A stretch of DNA of 61,593 nucleotides, filler included. It is 8 parts of 8 records of this genome, joined end to end, with 100 filler letters (N's around TTAATTAATTAA, not from the genome) between each part and the next. Parts side by side here need not be neighbours in the genome. Positions count along the whole stretch, not along the records: positions 55,280 to 61,593 come from SRR31147125_127312; 7 more parts are not named here. The stretch is one strand, 5' to 3'. The notes under the pieces are model-generated. The model did not search any database. It was not told the DNA's origin and saw nothing but the letters and a program-made list of their open reading frames with translations. This document shows positions 57,262 to 61,593 of this stretch, piece by piece (within the stretch, counting starts at the first letter, position 1; each line of letters begins with the position of its first letter). The translations under genes were made by a program, and so were the position numbers.

Positions 57262-58296
57262 ATGTTTTTTGATTCCGGTTATGAGGGTACAATCAGGGCC
57301 AGACCGGACTGGTTTGAGGACATTTTCAACTTTGCACATCCGACACTCCGCAAATCTGTCTGGCAGATTTTCGATACATTCATACCCTATATTGCCCTGT
57401 GGGCTCTGATGATTTTTATTATTCAAAGATCAAACTCTTTCTGGCTCACCCTGATCCCGGCCATTGTAGCTGCTGCATTATTGGTCCGTATTTTTATTAT
57501 TTTTCATGATTGTTGTCACCGCTCATTTTTTGCTTCACAACGTGCCAACCAGATCCTGGGTTACATCTCTGGCATATTAACCTTTACGCCTTATCATAAA
57601 TGGCGGTTATCCCACCTCCAACACCACGCCACGTCCGGAGATCTTGATCGTCGAGGAAGTGGGGATGTCTGGACTATGACTGTGGAAGAGTATATGTCAG
57701 CGCCCGCATTGAGACGGCTTGCTTACCGGTTATACCGGAATCCCTTTATTATGTTTGGCCTGGGGCCGGTTTTTTCTTTTTTACTCATTAATCGAATTTC
57801 TAATAAAGGGGCAAAAGCTTCTGAACGGAATAGTGTGATTATTACCAATTTGGCCATTCTGGCCATTATTGTTTTATCAAGTCTGACTATTGGGATTGGA
57901 ACCTATCTGAAAATACAATTACCTGTCATTCTTATCGCAGGCTCAATGGGCATTTGGCTGTTTTATGTACAACACCAATTTGAAGGTGTTTATTGGGCGC
58001 GCCATAATGTCTGGAAACCCATGCGTGCAGCATTGGAGGGTAGCTCTTATTACAAACTGCCAGGGATATTACAATGGTTCAGCGGTCATATCGGGTTGCA
58101 TCATATTCATCACGCGCAACCTAAAATTCCCAATTACAATCTGCAAAAGTGTTATAATACGATACCAGCTATGCGGGAAGTCAGGCCGTTAACCTTACCT
58201 AAAAGCCTCACATCATTAAAAATGAAACTGTGGGATGAAAAGAATCAAAAATTAGAAGGTTTTGCTGCATTAAAAGCTAATATTTACAAAAAATAA
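57262..58296 (+). CDS. Membrane fatty acid desaturase (Bacillus Des-like)
   Basis: His boxes HDCCH, HLQHH, HHIHH; WLFYVQHQFE; PKIPNYNL; AAGGAGGT RBS. Confidence 0.92.
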   Translation: MFFDSGYEGTIRARPDWFEDIFNFAHPTLRKSVWQIFDTFIPYIALWALMIFIIQRSNSFWLTLIPAIVAAALLVRIFIIFHDCCHRSFFASQRANQILGYISGILTFTPYHKWRLSHLQHHATSGDLDRRGSGDVWTMTVEEYMSAPALRRLAYRLYRNPFIMFGLGPVFSFLLINRISNKGAKASERNSVIITNLAILAIIVLSSLTIGIGTYLKIQLPVILIAGSMGIWLFYVQHQFEGVYWARHNVWKPMRAALEGSSYYKLPGILQWFSGHIGLHHIHHAQPKIPNYNLQKCYNTIPAMREVRPLTLPKSLTSLKMKLWDEKNQKLEGFAALKANIYKK

Positions 58297-58341
58297 ATTC
58301 TATAACCAAAATAAAGGCAAATCTAACATTTGGAGGTTAAG

Positions 58342-59878
58342 ATGTGTTGTTCATGTGGATCGACAGAGCTGAACAGAAGAGAATTTATTGAATTGTCCGC
58401 ATTGGGAATTGCCGGAGCAAGTTTAGTAAAACCTGCTTTTGCTGGTAGCAAGATGACAGCATGGGATCCGGAAAAACCGTTCAGTATATCCGGTACGAAA
58501 TTGCGTGTTCAACCAGTATTGCTTTATGAAATTTATAAAAAAGAGAACAAACGTCCTGGCGGCCCTGGGGTGGTTTACATACAGAAGAAGATGTGAAAAA
58601 AGAGAGTGCCCGAATTTCCAATGAATTAAAAGAGCTGCAAAAAAAAGCCCCATATCAGATTGAAATTCTACCACTCGTAAAGGTTCGTTCTGAAGAAGAG
58701 GCGGTGAAATTTGAAAATGCAACAGATTATGATGTTCCTATAGTTTATGCCGCATCAGGCAGTACAAAGATGCTGGAATCCGTTGTTTCTGATAAAAGAA
58801 ATAATATTATTTTTCTCAGACACCGTTCCGGACCCGTTTATTTGTGGTATGAAATTGTTCATAATCGGTTTTTGCGCAAAGGAGGAAAAGAATTCGAATT
58901 GGATTCCTATAGAAATCCAGCTGGCATGGATATTCATGATGTTGTTGTGGATGATTATGATGAGCTTGCTTATAAATTGAAGGCACTTTACGCTGTAAAT
59001 AATTTTATCGGAAAAAAAGTTGTTGCTCTTGGTGGCAGCGGTGGCTGGTGTTGTCCTTTAGCCCCACAGGTTTCCCAGGATAAATTTAAACTGGATATTC
59101 AATCCCATAGCTATGAAGATCTGGAAAAAGAATTAAAGCAGCCAGAGCAGATCGGAAACTGGTTCAACAGGCTGAGAAATGGACGGCTCATTATCTTTCT
59201 ATGTCAAAGACGACATTACATACGGATAAACAGTTTGTTGTCAATGCCTTTATTCTGTACAAGATCTTTAAAGACCTGTTACACGAATATGATACCAATA
59301 TCTTTACCATTAAGAGCTGCATGGGTACCGTTATACCCATGGCCGAGACAACTGCGTGCCTGCCGCTGAGTCTGCTCAATGATGAAGGACTTGTTGCTTT
59401 TTGTGAATCTGATTTTAATGTGATTCCTTCCGGAATTCTCCTTCACTATATTGCTGGTAAACCGGTGTTTCTGAATGATCCCACATATCCGCATCATGGT
59501 GTCGTCACAGCAGCCCATTGTACAGCTCCCCGTCGTATGGATGGAGAAAACTATGCGCTTGCCAAGGTTGTGACGCATTATGAATCGGATTATGGCGCCA
59601 CACCCAAGGTTGAACTGCCACTGGGGATAGAAATTACCATGATATGTCCTGATGGCGGCCAGAAGGAGTGGCTGGGATTTAAAGGAACAATAGAGGATAA
59701 TCCCTTTTATGATATTTGCCGATCGCAATATGATATAAAAATCGGTGGCGACTGGGAGAAATTACTGCAAGATCACCGCGGTTTTCACTGGATGATGGCC
59801 TGTGGCGATTATCTTCCAGACATGAAATATGCGTGTGGGAAGATTGGTGTCAATTGGGTGAATGTGTCAAAGGCGTGA
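58342..59878 (+). CDS. Tat-exported L-fucose/L-arabinose isomerase-like protein (frameshifts near 58545 and 59130)
   Basis: NRREFI twin-arginine signal; TIKSCM, TACLPLSLLNDEG..AFCESD, FLNDP, AAHCTAP, CRSQ, GFHW. Confidence 0.7.
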
Positions 59879-60219
59879 GAATTATTCGCGATTATTATAG
59901 TTAAACGATATGCAACTATAGTGATTTTGGATTTGTAAGTGTATTCTTTGTGTCTTTTGTGGTGGTATATAACAAGAAATAAACCACGAGGCACAAAGGA
60001 TGCGAGGAGCTTTCATTACATGCGGTTTCTTTTCAGATTGTTTTGATATCAAAATGACCTCTATATCTGAAAGACCTTGATTTTTTTTTGGGATTTTAAT
60101 TAATATCTGAACCGAAAAATTGCTGCATTTTTCATTCATATCATCTTTGTTATTCAAAATAATGGATACAATTTTATCTGGTCAGTGTTAACCGAAATAT
60201 GAAAAAACGAGGATAATTG

Positions 60220-61593
60220 ATGTTTTTAAAAGTGATTGGGTTTTCCGGTTTCTTTTTCAAAAGTGTGATAATATTGTTTTGGGTTTGTTCTTGTTTCTCT
60301 GCTGATGAGCATACGGTTGTAAAATATAATTTTAATAATATATCGCCGGACTGGAAAAGACATGTCAAGATGGTTCAGGATGTGGCTACGTCCCAAATAG
60401 ACACCGTTTATGGGACATATGCAACAGGACGGGCTGGTATCAGTGGGCAGGCTCTTTTGCTGGATGGTTATTCGGCTTTTCTCAAAAAAACAGCAAAAAA
60501 AATGTCAGCGTTGGGTGATCTGTTCACTGTCGAAGCATGGATTGCCCCTGGCGCCTATCCTACAAATTGGTGTTCTCTTTTAGGTCAGACAGATGGTAAA
60601 AGTCGTGGTTTTTCACTTAGCATCGACGACAGAGGACGCTTTAGGTTGACTGTTTTTACAACCAACGGTCAGGAAAATATCTCTACTGAAAAGGGCGTTT
60701 CCCTGCGAAAATGGGCACATGTTGCCGGTGTTTATGATGATGGACTTTTGACACTTTATGTAAATGGTCAAAAGAAAACAGAAAAGCGAGTGAATGGTCA
60801 CTTTATTCAGGCCAGGGATGTTGATGTCATTGTTGGCAGGAGCTTTGACAAATCAAAACCAACCGGTGTGATACGACAGCATGGAACAGAAAAAGTGTAT
60901 CATTATTTTGATGGTCTTTTGGACAATATTACCATTCATAATGAGGCCCTGGCCAGTGACTATTTTCAGGATGTGCAAAAAAAGATTGCTACATTACTTC
61001 AGGATGCTTTGCCGGAACGTCATCTCCCAACCCTTAAAAATAAGGAATCTGTTTTTGGGGCTGTATACAGTGATTTGAAATATTACGAGTCCTGGGATAA
61101 TTTCTGGAGGATGAGTGGCGAGCCGGATGTGGTTGTCACTTTTGATAAAATGGAGGGACAATTTGTTTTCTGGCGAGGTACAAGCTATATTCCGCACTGG
61201 GTGACGGAAAATGGCATATGGTATGACAATGAATTTACTGAAACATGGAGTCAACATGGCTGCCATGAGCCGATGTCTGATAAACGCTGTCATCATAGTC
61301 AGGTTAAAATTATTGAAAATACAGATGCCAGAGTTGTGGTCCATTGGCGTTATGCGTTAATAGATAACTGGTACAAGATGGCGCGAGTGGATTCCATTAC
61401 GGGTTGGGGCGAATGGACGGATGAAATTTACACGATTTATCCGGATGGCACTGCTGTTCGAAAAATTATCTTACACAGTACCGAACCGGATAGTCCGCAT
61501 GAATGGCATGAAGGTATCATTGTATTGGGCCCCGGCCAACACCCTGAAGATGTTTTACATAAAGATGCTCTCGTGCTTGCGAATATGAAGGGG
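60220..61593 (+). CDS. Secreted LamG-like jellyroll domain protein, 3'-partial (absent from the ORF track because it has no stop)
   Basis: Hand translation from the ATG at 60220: signal peptide, GQALLLDGY, FTVEAWIAP, WAHVAGVYDDGLLTLYVNG, FDGLLDNI, then FVFWRGTSYIPHW...CHEPMSDKRC. Confidence 0.8.
   Translation, partial: MFLKVIGFSGFFFKSVIILFWVCSCFSADEHTVVKYNFNNISPDWKRHVKMVQDVATSQIDTVYGTYATGRAGISGQALLLDGYSAFLKKTAKKMSALGDLFTVEAWIAPGAYPTNWCSLLGQTDGKSRGFSLSIDDRGRFRLTVFTTNGQENISTEKGVSLRKWAHVAGVYDDGLLTLYVNGQKKTEKRVNGHFIQARDVDVIVGRSFDKSKPTGVIRQHGTEKVYHYFDGLLDNITIHNEALASDYFQDVQKKIATLLQDALPERHLPTLKNKESVFGAVYSDLKYYESWDNFWRMSGEPDVVVTFDKMEGQFVFWRGTSYIPHWVTENGIWYDNEFTETWSQHGCHEPMSDKRCHHSQVKIIENTDARVVVHWRYALIDNWYKMARVDSITGWGEWTDEIYTIYPDGTAVRKIILHSTEPDSPHEWHEGIIVLGPGQHPEDVLHKDALVLANMKG

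Noticed and set aside
59946-59998. Imperfect inverted repeat CTTTGTGTCTTTTGTGGT / ACCACGAGGCACAAAG
   Set aside because: Degenerate and single-copy here; cannot be supported as a repeat family.

Overview
This window is not one locus. It is eight unrelated assembly contigs joined by artificial 100-nt spacers (N44-TTAATTAATTAA-N44), and many genes are split by single-base indels in homopolymer runs (454/Ion Torrent-type errors). Contig 1 (1-9998, Desulfobacterota-like): gap, a ~1500-aa PPDK-like dikinase lacking the pyruvate-binding barrel, a small periplasmic protein, a porin, a patatin and a hybrid histidine kinase. Contig 2 (10099-15197): a candidate RiPP cluster (RRE-E1-YcaO cyclodehydratase, an NHLP-like precursor ending ...LSTC, a B12-binding radical SAM protein) and a response regulator. 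Contig 3 (15298-26291, Desulfuromonadales-like): uvrD/pcrA end, a REC-TPR-BTAD regulator, mrp, gatCAB, mtnA, glnE. Contig 4 (26392-32520, Bacteroidota-like): an Rhs toxin with immunity gene and an orphan toxin/immunity cassette. Contig 5 (32621-39928): lutABC, proline dehydrogenase, amidinotransferase, phytochelatin synthase-like gene, Mn-type SOD. Contig 6 (40029-46885): a probably eukaryotic gene for a >2200-aa filamin-repeat protein with a 58-nt spliceosomal intron. Contig 7 (46986-55179, Myxococcota-like): lepA, a Cys-rich lipoprotein hydrolase, a GAF-GAF-GGDEF cyclase, a metalloprotease lipoprotein, a beta-barrel protein. Contig 8 (55280-61593): Omp85 end, a HigB-like toxin with a Cys-rich HTH partner, a desaturase, a Tat-exported sugar-isomerase-like protein, a LamG protein. 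The best candidates for new biology are the RiPP cluster, the barrel-less dikinase and the Cys-rich toxin-antitoxin locus. All calls come from motif recognition by eye; no database searches were run, and taxonomic labels are inferences.
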